The notes under the pieces: generated by a model | What the model was told of the DNA's origin: nothing | What the model saw: the letters and a program-made list of their open reading frames with translations, nothing else | Database searches by the model: none | Program-made: the position numbers and the translations under genes | Assembly (NCBI RefSeq): GCF_018977255.1 | Contig: NW_024704742.1 | Location: forward strand, 42,968,001-43,032,000 | Source of the DNA: Callorhinchus milii | Taxonomy: Eukaryota | Length of the DNA: 64,000 bases | Direction: 5' to 3' | In this document: positions 22,996-36,352 of the stretch, piece after piece | How positions within the stretch are numbered: the stretch's first letter is position 1 | How the letters are laid out: each line of letters opens with the position of its first letter

Positions 22996-24932
22996 TACAG
23001 GCGCTACATTTGGCATTAATTACCCATTAAGTACTTTTGAGATGTTTCAATGCGATAAAGGAGCTATAAAATTCCACATCTTTCTTTTTTGCTTTCCAAT
23101 CTCTTGGAATGCTTACCTCACAGGAGGCTATTCAACCCAGAGTGCAGATCCTCCTTTAACACATTCTTTTTCAAAACCTAAAAATTTTTTTTTATCTCCT
23201 ACAGTCTTGCCTTCCTCCTATAGTCTACAACCCACATTTGAATGCGACTCTCCTCTCCTTAATGTATAGTCTAAATTCAGTCAAACATGTTCAAGCAGCC
23301 ACCTCCATTCAACAACTACCTCCATTCAGCAACCACCCGTTAACCACCCTGGACAGCATGTTCACACACCAACAAATCCTTACTCAGAGGCCACCCTTAT
23401 ATAAAGGCCACTTTATCCCAGTCCCCTGAGTGGTTGTTGAAGACATGTTCAGCTACTCATCTTGTACTCTGCAGTTGGAGGATAACAAAGTACAACAGAA
23501 ACTGAGAATGTTCCTGTGAAACCAGTTTAGAGTGTCTTGATGTACTAAATTTACTGTGAAGTGCTCACAGCTACAGATTAGCCTACACTGATTCCAAAAC
23601 ACCCCAGTTAGCTGAAGATAATGACATTTAGTCACAAATTACCAAATTGGCACTTCTAAGAGGTTGTTGAAATAAATTTGCAGAGGTGTAAGATTTGGGA
23701 TTTAATTAGGTTATATGTCTGCACTTTTCTCTTCGTGTATAATATTTTACAAATAAAGCATATTGTGGCAGAATCACTTGTGCATGTGATTTTTGAACGT
23801 ATTTTGGAAATGCTTTTTTGGTGTTCATCTCTTTGTTACATTGAAAGATGACTGTTTGAAAGTTACTGAATCCAGTATTTATTTCTCGGTCCCTTACAGT
23901 AGAACATACATAAAGAAATAATAGGCTTGCAATGCTTTTATGCTTTGGAAAAGACGCATGAAGATGAAATGAAGAATATACTTTGAGAAATCACAGAACA
24001 CTTTAGAACACATTTCGCCCACAAAATACACAGTCAATCCACTTTACAATATATTCTGTGAAGCACTTTGAGACGTCTCAATGATGCACTAAGGCACTAT
24101 AACAATTGCAAAGATTGTTATTATTATTATAGATCCCACAAGGGGAAAGTCTTTAAATCTCACTCAAGACACATTTGAATGGAATTGCAGATCATCCCTC
24201 TGCTCCTCTTCAGATGCTCTGTGCATACTAATGTACAATTCAAATGAAAGGTAGGTGTAAATTTCGATTTGAAATCAGAAGTAATTTAATGCAAAAAGAA
24301 ATCACTCTTCAGTAGTGGTTCAAGTGATCTAGCTGTCAAACTGCTATTTCCACTTTGCCATCTGCCCTCGATTAGGGCATGGGGCTGCACGAAATACAAA
24401 ACACTATTTCATGGAGAACCTGTCATTGCAGGTGTGTGTACAGTATGGATACCAAAGAACAGCTGGGAATGGTGATCGACTCATTGGAACACTCAAATAA
24501 GAAGACACTTAAAATGACAAGAGGGAGAAACCCCTTTTTTCATTGTTAAGCACTTTTTCTGTGAGGTACATTCTAAGCAAATGCATGACCTACGAATTAA
24601 CATTGGTCTGCAGAATTTAGAATTCAATGATGCCAGGAATTTATTAAATTGTCTGGTTATGGTAAATAGACTGATTCATCAAAATAATCAGCTAAAAGGA
24701 AGCTCAAGCATTTCACCATATTTTATTTTCTCATTAAACAGGACTACAAACAAGATTGTGAGTCATGTTAATAGGTCCAAACTCTTTAAAAACTAATTCA
24801 GATAACATTAAGCACAATTTCATTTGGTCAGAATTGCATTTTTTTCCTCTAAATTTTCATGTTCTTAGCAGCCAAAAGAGGGAGCTGTTACATTACAGAT
24901 CACATACTACAAATTCCACCTTACAAAAAAAA

Positions 24933-25322
24933 TCTTTGCATTTGGTGTAGCACTTTTCACACGGTTGAGAGGATTTTACTGTCAAGTGGAGTGACTGGGT
25001 ATTTGTACGTGAATTTTGCGCACAGCAATGTCTCACAAACAGCCACAACCATGAAGTGAATGACATATTTTATTTGGGGGAACTGCTATCTGAAAGACAG
25101 GGAGAAACTCCTTTTGCTTGTCAAGTAGTGTCATGGGATCTTTTACCTGAACTAACAGATGGGACCTCGGTTTAACGTATCATCCGAAGAACAGCACTTC
25201 TGACAATACAAAACATCCCATAACTGCATTGCAACGTCAGCCTAAACTAAGCAAGTTCAAATCTCAACGTGGGGCTTGAGCCTGCAACTTTCCGACTCCG
25301 AAGTGAGAGTGCTGCCAACTGA
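24933..25322 (-). mobile_element. Deu-domain SINE (SacSINE1/AmnSINE-like)
   Basis: Reverse complement contains gtgctgttcttcggatgatacgttaaaccgaggtccc...aaaagatcccatgacactac, the Deu-domain pattern as I recall it, plus tRNA-like head and L2-like tail. Confidence 0.8.
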
Positions 25323-26385
25323 TTCAGAAAATAATTGTTCAGGTTAAAACTAGGCAATGGGTTGCAGTTAAGAGGGCAAATGCTATGGATATGAATCTTT
25401 CCCTTTTTTTCACCCTAATGGAAAACAAAAGGTTCCTGTGAATTGGCCATTTGTTTCACAGGCAGAGGGGGCACTAGGAGCTGGGGAATGCTAGTTGCTC
25501 CTGCCAGCATATCCTGCTATTGGAACAGACAAGGTCTGTTTACAAGATATGTGGAGGCTCTTATCCTCTCCCATTCCAAGTCAATGGGGAGAGAAAACTA
25601 TGTTGATTTTTCCCATGTTAGTCATTTTACAAATCTGAATGTCCTGCCAAAGACCTTTGTGTTTCCCTAGCATGAGACACACCTCGGTAGATCTGCTTTT
25701 AGTGAATATCGCAAATTAGACTCCACCGAAGGGGCGAGCCTTAAATGGCTAGAGTATACTTGTGTCGAGTAATGAAAAAATTCCTTTTATGGCTTTTGCA
25801 TTCCTAATTCTTCATTTGCAACTCTTGCACCCAACCAGCCCTGACAATAATCCTTGCATTCAAATATAGTGCCTACAACATCAAAACGTTTCAAAGCACT
25901 TTACAGTGATTACTGTTTGTCCAGAGACAGTGTATTTGTTGGCAAACACAATAGTCAAATTGAGCATTGTCCAATTTATCTTAAGGATTGTTAGTCAGAC
26001 CACGGGGAGAACACCCTACTCTTTTCCCTTTGTGTTGTGAGTTTGTGTGCCATGGTAGGATGGATTTGATTGTTCAAACAAATGAGAGGAGGGCTGCCTA
26101 AAACATCACTGGCACGTGGTTCTAAAGGAAGAATTAGCATTTTAATAACCCCCTATTGATTCAAAGGTCTGGACACCTATCATTCCACGTCATTCCAATA
26201 TGGAACTGTCTCTGGGCACAAGTCGATGGGACGGTGAAGGGTTAGTATCACACCCAGAGCAGTATTTTGTCCAACACCTTTTGCATTTACACAGCATCCC
26301 TTCATGCAGCATAATGTCTCAGGAGTGTTTCACAAAGGCAGGATTGGACGCCAAGAAAGGGAGGCGGGGGAAGGCAAGTTTTTTG

Positions 26386-26781
26386 GAGGCTCTCATGATT
26401 GGCACCCATCTGGGCCTCCACACCTCAGGTACTGACAGCGTCCCCATCCAGGGATGCACACTCCACTCTCACCATCCTGGCTTGCTCCACGTCCCCCACC
26501 CAGCCCATTTCACCATTGGCGGCCGAGCCTTCAGCCTTTCTGTCTCCACCCTATGGAACTCCATTTCACATTCCCTTCACCCCGCTCTCCCCCTTGCCTC
26601 CCTCAAGGCGTGTCTCAAAACCCTCCGCTTCAACCAAGCCTTTGGCCACCCTCCAATCCTCCCTGCCCTCCAATCTCCCGATCCCAGCCCCTAGCTCGGG
26701 TCCAAATCCCTGACTGTCCAGCGCCTTGGGATGTCCTCTCAACATGAAAACACGCTATACAAACGTAATTTTGTATTGTAT
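26386..26781 (+). mobile_element. L2 3' fragment with large internal deletion
   Basis: GGRAFS...LWNS motif and L2 tail gcgccttgggatgtcctctcaacatgaaaacacgctatacaaacgtaattttgtattgtat. Confidence 0.88.
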
Positions 26782-27649
26782 TTAAAGACAGGTAACAATT
26801 TAGAAAAAAAATAGATTTAAAGGAAAAATGGCATGCTTTTAAACATTTCATTTATGCATGAAATCTGTTAAGAAACATCACACGTTGAACTCTACATTTC
26901 AGTCATCAAATAGCCTGACTTATACTATAAAAACATTAATAATTCTTGCATTATAGAGTCTATATTGTTAAAAAAAATCAAAGCATGTATTGCTGACTGT
27001 ATGTTGTATGTGAATGCAGTTGCCAGTTCACACATATGAATGTCCCACAAGTAGCCATGAAGTGAAGGACCAAATTAATCTGCGGGAGTGTTGAATAAGA
27101 CAATGGAAAAGCTCATCTGCACAAAATACAGCCAGTACATTTTACAACAAATCCTTTGGGATGTTTGAATACAAGACCTCATAATAAGTGCAAGGATTAT
27201 CTGATTTCCATTTTTTTCTTTACAAAATAAGATAATTAACTGAATGTAAACCTTTACAAGCTCTACAGTAAAAATGAAACTGAAATGGGATAATTACCAA
27301 AGACAGAATTTTTTTATATATGTATAAAAATAAAATCAAGTCTCGGCAATATTTCATGTCTGTTGAAATGTAAAACAGATTTGTCCTGCAGAGCTAGCAA
27401 AAGACAAATTCCTATTAGATGTAGATGGGAGGCCAGAATGAAGCAAGACTTGTTGTTAAATGTAATTGATTATACTTCATTTCTCTAACTCTTGGAGACA
27501 ACACAAAGGATGTTTAATCCTTGACAGATCGAGTGATGAAACCTTCCACTCTCCCCATAAAAATGACAGAATCTCGAGGGCATTTTGGAAGTAGAAAACC
27601 CTTCAGTCTATTTGATCTTATCCTGTCAAAATATCAACTGTACTTTCTT

Positions 27650-27840
27650 TTCATTACAGAATCGGGTCGTTTCTTAAATGAGTTCAAATATCCTGGCCTC
27701 TGTCACCCTCCTGGTAACCTGCACCAGAGGCCGATTACTCCCTGTGTAAAGAAATGCTGCCTCTTGCCAGTTTTAAAATTGCTCTTCATAACCCTGAACT
27801 TGTGCTCTCTTGTCCTGCTGCCTTGGCATATTTCAAAGTC
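27650..27840 (-). mobile_element. Decayed CR1 ORF2 C-terminal fragment
   Basis: Minus strand reads RTREHKFRV...RQHFFTQGVIGLW. Confidence 0.65.
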
Positions 27841-28759
27841 ATTTATTGAACTTAAATGATGTTTCCACCTAGAATCCCAGCTGCGTAAGGTGTTAATCCA
27901 TTGATTTTAATGATATGAACACTGACTTGTTGGTAACTGAGGAGGACAAACATTAACCCATAGCACACGCACTCCTTCATTCCCTCATCATAAGCATAAT
28001 AGGTCAACAGACAGCAAGTGCTGTAACTCCAAATTTCCAGACATGATTTTAATGTAATGAGATGAGGCAATAAACATACAAACTGAGTTATAATTGTAGC
28101 TTATGTTTATACAGCACCTTTCAAGTCTGAAGGACATCTCAAAACCCTCGACACAGCTGAATGAAAGCGCAAACTGGGAATGGGTAAAAGTAAAAGGAAC
28201 CATTCTAGCGCACACAGTACTTTTTTTTTACAAGGATGCACTTTTCTAATACTTCCAGAGGAGTGTACTTTGAACAGAAAGCTCTCCTCCACACTTTACT
28301 TAACCTTTAAGTTTTTCATTCTACAACGTGAAACAATTGTAGAATGAATCACCATAACTACAACACAAAACATTTAAAAGGCACCCTGTGTGCTTTAACG
28401 ACTTAGGGTGTCTCATCGTATTTGATATTTCATTCCATATTTCATCATGTAAAATTACAAATGCAAGAGTGCATCTTAATGTCTGTATAAAAAAACAAAC
28501 TTCCTAAATAATGTGCACCTTCCATTGTTTTTTGATCTACAAATTGATTCTATTCAAAGCAAAAGAACTTTAGTCTTCTGAGCTTGTAGTATGCATAATG
28601 GGCACTTACTTAAAGCACCCATAGATCTGTTCCAAGTCAAACATTTTGATCCTTTACACATTTACTTTATAGAAAATTCCATATACCAATGGAAAGTCAT
28701 TATGCCCCTAGCATTTTTTTTAAAAAAATTGGGGGAAAATAAGTTTTGTTCATACTTAC

Positions 28760-28831
28760 AATTTTTCCAGGAAGATCTGTCCAACAAACGAGCCATTCTT
28801 TAAATGTGATAGTTTATTGTTACTCAGGATT
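28760..28831 (-). CDS. ADGRA3: ADGRA3/GPR125 coding exon (exon 2 equivalent, LRR1)
   Basis: 72-nt exon, acceptor ...aacag and donor gtaagt; translates ILSNNKLSHLKNGSFVGQIFLEK(L), matching the first LRR of ADGRA3 as I recall it (human ILSNNKISELKNGSFSGLSLLERL). Phase 2 at both ends. Too short for the ORF track; found by reading the reverse strand. Confidence 0.93.
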
Positions 28832-29072
28832 CTGTTAAAAAAAATAAAAATAATAATCACAACTAGGAATATCCATTTGTCCTATATCTGGTGTTACATG
28901 CTGATAACATGGTGTCATAGACTACATGCAGATATAGCATAATATTTGTGCTGTAATCTAGGTAATCTTGATATCAGTGAAGCTGCTCTTGGGGTGTAAG
29001 GGGCTGCACATGATCCTCCCTGAACATTATTCTCGACAAAAACTTACATTCATATAGTTCCGTTCATGTTGG

Positions 29073-29438
29073 ATAATAATAATCCTTAATTTGATATAGC
29101 GCCTTATCACATTTTGCGACATCTCAAGGCACTTCACAGAACATACTGTAAAGTGTGTGTTCTGTGGGCGAAACACAGCAGCAAATTGTGCACAGCAGTG
29201 TCCCACAAACAGTTGGGCATTGAGTGACCAATTTATTATTATTATTTTTTTGAAGGAACTATTATCCTCGGAAAAGCGATTCACCAATCGACTAACAACC
29301 GGGTTCCTATATACTGCTTGGTAAACAGAGGAGTGTGGAGTAAGGAAACTTGCCCAACGTTTTGCCCTGTCGGGAATCAAACCCAGGTCCTCTTGCTTGC
29401 GAGGCGAGTGCTTTAACCACTGAGCTACAGGACTTCAC
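29073..29438 (-). mobile_element. SINE family A, long subfamily
   Basis: Same head and tail plus a 62-nt internal segment (about 29267-29328). Confidence 0.9.
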
Positions 29439-29451
29439 AATTATATCTCAG

Positions 29452-29745
29452 ACCATTGCATAAAGACAGGGTTGGACACACAGCAAGGGAGGAAAGGTGA
29501 CCATAGACGTGGTTAAGGAGATGGGTTTTAAGCCGGGATTTAAAGGCCGATAGAGAAGGGTCGAGAGAGCGAGTTCCAGAGGTCAGATGTATATTAGCTG
29601 AAGGCTCAGGCGCCAAAGGTGGCATCAAGGGGACAGGGAATGCACAGCAAGCCTGAGTTAGCCAAAATGGAGCACATGTACAAGATATTTTATAAATTTG
29701 AATACACAGGCGCATTATAGCTGGGACAGGATGAGGGATGACTAT
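29452..29745 (-). mobile_element. Older L2 3' fragment
   Basis: SLSAFKSRLKTHL motif in ORF 29425..29715. Confidence 0.65.
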
Positions 29746-30085
29746 TCAAGTGAAGAGTCTAGCTGTATTAACTTGCCACTATTAATCTAACTGTCCCATT
29801 GCAAATACCAATTGGTATTCTCAGATTGAAGTTTGGTCTCTTTAACCTTCAGGTAACATCAAGTGATCACAAGGCCAACATACAAAAAGAACAGCACCCA
29901 CCTGGTTTGGGGCAAATTTACCAAAAGGAAAAAACAACTCAGTTCTGTCTTCTTTCAGTATCAATTGCATTTTTGCACCATTTAAAAATAGCACATCTAA
30001 TGTTTGTTCTGAATGGGATATGGAAACATCACATTCTGTTAGTAAAGTCTACATTTACCTTCCATCTCTCCCTGACTCGGCATCA

Positions 30086-30170
30086 ATAAGAACAAATAAC
30101 ATAAGACATGCTAAGTGAAAAAAAGACCAAGGTCCATCTAGTTCACCTTTCACCTTGCTGGCAGTCGTAT
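30086..30170 (-). mobile_element. CR1 extreme 3' end
   Basis: Minus strand ...aaggtgaactagatggaccttggtctttttt...tcttatgtt; overlaps in sequence with the 3'UTR of the 6632-7476 element (aaggtgaacta). Confidence 0.65.
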
Positions 30171-32216
30171 GCACATATATCCTGTTACGACACTGTTAGG
30201 TGCTCCGAGGCACTATTTGCGTGAAGGGCATTATATAAATACAAGTTGGTGTTGTAAACCCACCTCTCCCCCATTGATATCGCTGTGTTGTTTCGCCAAC
30301 TGAAGAAATCATAACTACTCTGCTTTCCTATCACCCGGGGGTTTAAACAGTTTTACAATAAATCAGACTTCTCTTCAAACTACAGGTATTCTCAAATCAG
30401 ACGGAAAAAAATAATATTTTTTACAAATCTCTGCACCCAGCAACATGCAGGCATGCTGATGGCACCCAGGCTTTTTGACATTAAATTGAGGTTTTGATAT
30501 TATCAACATTGTATTCATTGTAAATACTCCCCTCCCATCTGTAAGGCGAAATACTAGTTTACTTAAAAAAGTCTGTCATGTCAATCAAAAATATTTCATA
30601 AATTCAGAGCCAATTCTAGATTGTTCTAATAAATAAATATAAATCCTTACATTTGATATACCACCTCACGGGATATATTATAAAGTGTAGTGACTGTGTG
30701 TTTTGTAGGCAAAAGCTTATCACTAATTTCAAAACTATAATGCACCTTTAAGTGTTTTATTGATACTGCATTAAAAAGTAAAGCAACATAGCTGCACATA
30801 CAACTGGCCAGGCTGGTTTCAAAAGTACTTTTGTAGATTTTCTTTCCTTTTGTGAAAACAGATGAGCTAGAAATGCTAATTTAAGGACAATATAAATGTA
30901 GGCGTACTACAGTGCTCCAAATTTACAGGCTTGCCTTATATAAAACCATTTAAAACATTCAGGAAGTGAGCATGAACTTTTATTGTATCAAATTCCACAC
31001 TGGAAAAACAATATAACTTGAATTAAAAAAAAGCAATTCCAGAGAACTTTGACTATGTAACAAGCATTTGAAAGAGGTGCCACCCTTTTACAGAATGAGA
31101 TGTAAAAAGGATCGTTTGTTAAATATAAGACCGAACAGATGTTTTTTATAATGCGTTCCATTATACTATTCCCTAAAGTTAGACGTGACCTTACCTTTAC
31201 CTTCTACGTTCCTAAAGGATAAAGACTTAGCAGATTTTGAGTTAAGGGACTGATGATTTAATATGCTGAATATACACAAACGGGATCTAATTAACGTTTT
31301 TTCTCATTACTCCAATATCAAGTTTTATCAGGTGGAATTTATGACATTTGAATTAATGTAATGAAAATTTGAACCAATACTTGTTTCCTGCTCCCTTATC
31401 ATTTTCCCTATTATGTGAAGTTTTCATCACCCCTCTCTTACATGCATGTGTAAAACTGACCTCACTTGCATCCATTCTGCCCCAATGTACGTTCTGGGAC
31501 TACAGACTAATGGTGTAGAGTAAAGGAGAAAATGTCACTAAACTTTTCCACTTTTTTGCTTGAACCTTTTCCTGTAAGATTTGTAGTGCCAGTTACTATG
31601 CAGTGGACAAGACAGAGAAGAGGAAAACCCGCTGATGGAAACCCGACGTGAAAGGCCCTATGCAAATGTAATGTTGTATTGCATTGATGGCAAAAAGCAC
31701 ACATCGTCTTGAAATCTGCTTACAGTGAAAATGGCAAAACAGAAGGGGGAAAGTAAGCCAAAAAAAAGCACAGTATATTCATGAACTCTCATATCCATTT
31801 ATCCAGAGTTAAGAATAGTGTAATACCCAGTGAAGCAAAAAAAGAAAGTCCTACAGTAACAAGCACAGGAGGATCATGCTCCTGTTTAGCATGGTGGGGG
31901 CTACTGTGAACCAGCGTTGTACCGTAAGACATTACATACGCCTTCTGGAGCATGACTAGGTGGCTTCCCCTACTATAAAACGGTTGTTTTTCAGGTTATC
32001 AGGTGCCATTGACCTTACTTCTATGCACATGCAGGAAGCAGAACTTATGTCACTTCCTTCGCAGTGATGCATTTTAAAAGTTAAGGAAAGAGTGGCTTTG
32101 ATCACAAATTTCCAGAATTACATGTGAGGAAAATAGTCATGTTGAATTGCTTATGCTTGATGAGAGATACTCTATATTGATTTGGTTCAGAAGTCATCAA
32201 TAGTGATCTGCCAACT

Positions 32217-32520
32217 TAACAACAATTTGCATTTATATAGTGCCCTTCATGTAGGTTAACGTCCAAGTGCTTTACATTGATGGGGTCGGACGCTGAGTAA
32301 GGGGGAGGGGAGGAGGAGATGACCTTACAGATGGTCTTAAGGTAGGTTTTAAGGCAGCACTTGAGAACAGATGGAGAGGAGTGAACCAGCAACAGCAACA
32401 ACAAATTACACTTGTATAGCACCCTTCCCGATGGGATGAAGTTCCAGGGCACTGGACAGTCAGTTTTTTTTTGGATCCGAGCTGGGAGGGAAGGGAGGGA
32501 ATTCCATAGTTTAGAGGCAT
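32217..32520 (-). mobile_element. Two adjacent L2 3'-end fragments
   Basis: Two tails on the minus strand: aacaacaatttgcatttatatagtgcccttca (32218) and caacaacaaattacacttgtatagcaccctt (32397). Confidence 0.7.
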
Positions 32521-33947
32521 AGGATCTAAAATTTGATGCTGATGAGGATATTCCGCCGGAAGAAAAATCTGGACAGCTATTTTTCTATGAGATTATTAGA
32601 TAATGTTAAATACACAACATAGTATTGCATGGTTTGGAGCTCAGTGTATATATAAATCAGTCTCCATTAATTTGCCTCACCCACTCCAAAGAACCAAATT
32701 CAGTGAGGTTTGGCCTAGAATCAGGGGCTTTGTTTGTTTGGTATTTCGCTAGTTAAAAATGTTCATGTATATTTAAATTCAAGCCTTGCCTTGGGATCTA
32801 ATTTAAACATATTGGTTAATAGCTGAATGAGGGAGCGTTGAAATAAAAGTGCAGTGATCATTCCTGTACAGCAAAGCCCAAAAGGCAAAACAGATTGAGA
32901 ACATCCCTGTTCAGAGTCACTATCCGCTCGGTGTTGCATTACAAACACATTTCCTTCCAGCTCTTTAAATGCCGTATACTAAATCGTTTTGAATTTTCTT
33001 TTTTTGCAGAAAAAACTATGTCATTTGCTTATATCTTCCATTATATGTGCACTCATAAAATGTAATACAATACAAAAGATGACAGGGAATGCAATATTCC
33101 ATCTACAACATAGGCTTGCTTTTTTGGGGCTTACTGTTACAAGATAAATGACTTTTACACATGCATGAAATTAATAACAGTATAAAAAACTATTTGCTCT
33201 CTGGTTTAACTAATGTTGCCCTTCCTTTGTGGAAACCAGAAGAGATTACTTCTATTCACAAGAACTGTTGCAACTTTTCAGTTATAACAACCTGATATCT
33301 GGTCATCAACTGAATCAAACATCTAAGACTCCCCAGCGTATCATTCCCAAAAGGAATATTAGTTGTTGTTGTAGTTAGCACAAAGGTGAGAGCAGCAGAT
33401 GTTAATGGTTCCAATGCTTTTAATTAAGCATTAATAATGTTTAGGCATTGCTGAGGACCTGAGGCCTGAAATCTCTTATGGTCATAGTGCTATACCACAG
33501 TCTTAAAATTTTAAATTAAAAATTAAAAATATTCTTCACTGTAAGATGTTTTTTCTGCAGCTTTGTTATAATTTTTTTTCAAAATTCTGCTTACCGTATT
33601 CTTAAATTTAAAAGGCATGGTTTCATTTCCTTTCATTTTATTTCCTTCAGTGCCTTGGGACATCCTCCCAGCCTGAAAGGTGTTATATAAATGTAATTTT
33701 GTATTGTACAGGACGAGATATCCAATCAATTTTACATTGAAATATTTACAAGAATTTCTACGAATGCAACCAGTTGCAGGTTAAGCGGAGTCAAGAGTAA
33801 AGTGATGTCTATATTAATAGTTTATATAGGAAGTGGTCAAGATATTGACGACATGACGACTTAAGTGACAACAGCAAGTTAAGGCAGGGTTGAGTTTTAT
33901 ATTCCAGTGACAAAGGAAGAAGGACAGAAGGAGAGAGTGACAGAGCA

Positions 33948-34625
33948 AACAACAACAAAATTACATTTATAGAGCGCCTTTCACGTCGGGAGGACATCCC
34001 AAGGCGCTGAACAGTCAGGTTTCGAGGCCCGAGGATGGGGGAGGAGTGGGGTAGGGGTGAGGGAAAGCAGAGAGGTGGGAGAGCGACTGAAGGCACGATC
34101 AAACAGAACGGTCTTGAGCCAGCCTTGAAGGAGGCAAGGGAGGAAGCGAGGCGAAGGGACCATGGGATGGAGTTCCAGAGTGTGGCGGCAGAGAGACTGA
34201 AAGCCCGGCCACCGATGGTAGGGTGGGTTGGGCGGGAGACATGGAGCAGGCCGGAGCCCGCTGAACGGAGGGAGTGGGCAGTTTGGTAGGAAGTCATAGG
34301 TTTGAGGTAGGAGGAGGCGAGGCCATGGATGGCCTTGAAAGTGAGGACGAGGATCTTGAATTCGATCCTCTGGGGGATGGGGAGCCAGTTGAGATGGGCG
34401 AGGGTGGGGGTGATGGGGTCACGGAGCCTAGTGCGTGAGAGTACACAAGCTAAGTTTTGGATGATCTGCAGCTTGTAAAGGGAAGAGTTGGGAAGGCCAA
34501 TGAGAAGGAAGTTCCGTGGCGGAGTCTGGCAATGTTGCGGAGACGATGGTAAGCAGTGGCTGTCATGGTGCGGATGTGGGGGAGAAAGGACAATAGAGCA
34601 AAAGCAAGAGGGAGAGAGACTTAGG
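33948..34625 (-). mobile_element. L2 LINE 3' fragment
   Basis: ORF 33809..34657 contains KLQIIQN...ITPTLAHLNWLPIPQRIEFKILVLTFKAIHGLAS...GGRAFS...LWNSIP; intact tail hairpin at about 33975-34010. Confidence 0.92.
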
Positions 34626-35064
34626 CAGACAGACATAGATAGAAGACGAAGTTGCAAATGAGAGTAGGATCACTCATTAGATAAGAAGCCTTTTGTTGTA
34701 TATTGTCTGAGGGAAGGAACACAGTGGAGCTCTACTTATTACATGATGGTCAAGTACATAAAATCCCAACCCACGCTACAACAAGCTAGGATCGCCAGGT
34801 AGGGCTTACGTGTCATGTCATCCATCACTGTCACCACATAGGCCGCCTTTTCATGCTCAAAACTACATATGTCCAGTTTATCAGGTGGTCACTCACATAA
34901 CATAGCTCTGTTCAATGCATAACCAAACCGCTACTGCACATGGATTATATTGTGTATTGATGGGTCCTAGGAAGCTAACCACAGATTTTCAGGGCATCTG
35001 CCTTCTAAGCGAATCAGCACTATAGTGAAGCACGTTATAAAAGGGCTGCATTGTGTAATCTTCC

Positions 35065-35419
35065 TAATAATAATAATAATCCTTGCATTTGATATAGCAT
35101 CTTATCACATCTTTGAGGCGTCTCAAAGCGCTTTAAAGAATATACTGTAAAGTGAATTAACTGTATTTTGTGTGCGAAACTCAGAAGCCAAATGCGCACA
35201 GCAGCATCCCACAGTCGTGGATTGATCAACCAATTTATTAATATAATTATTATTTTTTTGAAGGAATTATTACCCCCGGAAAAGGAACCCGCCAATCAAC
35301 TAACGACCGGGTTCCTACTTACTGCTAGGTAAACAGAGGCGTGTGGAGTAAGGAAACTGCCCAACATTTCACCCTGCCAGGAATCAAAGTGCTCTAACCA
35401 CTGAGCTACAGGACTCCAC
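35065..35419 (-). mobile_element. SINE family A, long subfamily
   Basis: Contains the internal segment; part of the tRNA head deleted. Confidence 0.88.
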
Positions 35420-36352
35420 ATGTAGGTACGGTAACAATATTGAAATCTAAGATCGACAGACATTAAAATGAAAGCTAGCTCTTGCCTTGTGAAAGAGAAA
35501 AACAAGTTTCTTGGAGCAATGGACAAGAAGTGTCTGAGTTCCATTTGAGATCAAAGGAGATAGTGAGGCCCAGAATAGTCAACAGATGAAAGAAGATTAC
35601 GAGTGAAGCCATCAAAGGTAAAGGTACAAGCAGCTGATTAGATTTGTGCGAGACATGAAGAAACTTCCTGAAAATGTGAAGGAAACAAGGTTTTCACTAC
35701 CATTCTGAATGGGATGGCGGGGGGAGGGGGGAGATCATGGCTGCTAATTCAAACAATGCACTACGAGAAGAATAAAGATTGTGTACACTGAGGGAGTTTG
35801 ATCTGAAAGAAGTTGATGAATGCCGAGTGCAATCAATATCACAAGGAAGCAGCAGGTTGGATGAAAACTGATGATAGTCCTCGACGTGGAGAAAGAACAA
35901 AGTCAAAGAAAGAACACAGCCCTTGGGCACTTGAAAAAAAGGGAGCGGACCAACCATCAATTACAGCAGAGAGTGGTTTGAGAGGAAACTTAAACAGCCG
36001 CAAAGATAATTGTGTAAGTTGGAATCCTTTAGAACATTGGACCCTGCTTGTTCCCTTCAGCAAGGCTAATGTTTTACAAATCCCTTATATCCAAGCTACG
36101 ACAATACCAGAAGTCTGCTTGACAGCTACAGAGAAAACTTCCCTTGTTCTTGCATTCTGCATAGCCCTTAAACAATACATAGAAATAGATTTCAAGTAAA
36201 AGCACGCTTGTCTCCAGAGTCCTCTCTGTACATCAAAGACTTGTGGTCAGATTATCAGTCCTCCTACAAAATGACTAGAGCATCACTGCAATATACAGAA
36301 ATGTTTATGCAGAGTTTACCATCACTTACTGAAGAAGGGTTGCTGGATCATA

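Noticed and set aside
509..28831. Paralog ADGRA2 (GPR124) or ADGRA1
   Set aside because: The Ig exon ([35 protein letters not shown]) matches ADGRA3; ADGRA2 differs here and ADGRA1 lacks this LRR/Ig ectodomain.
33809..34657. 282-aa ORF, the longest in the track, as a host gene
   Set aside because: It is an L2 ORF2 C-terminus read through the tail into flanking DNA.
35813..36199. 128-aa ORF with TEK..L...ALKQY, faintly like Gypsy RNase H
   Set aside because: Single weak motif, with no LTRs or other pol domains recognisable.
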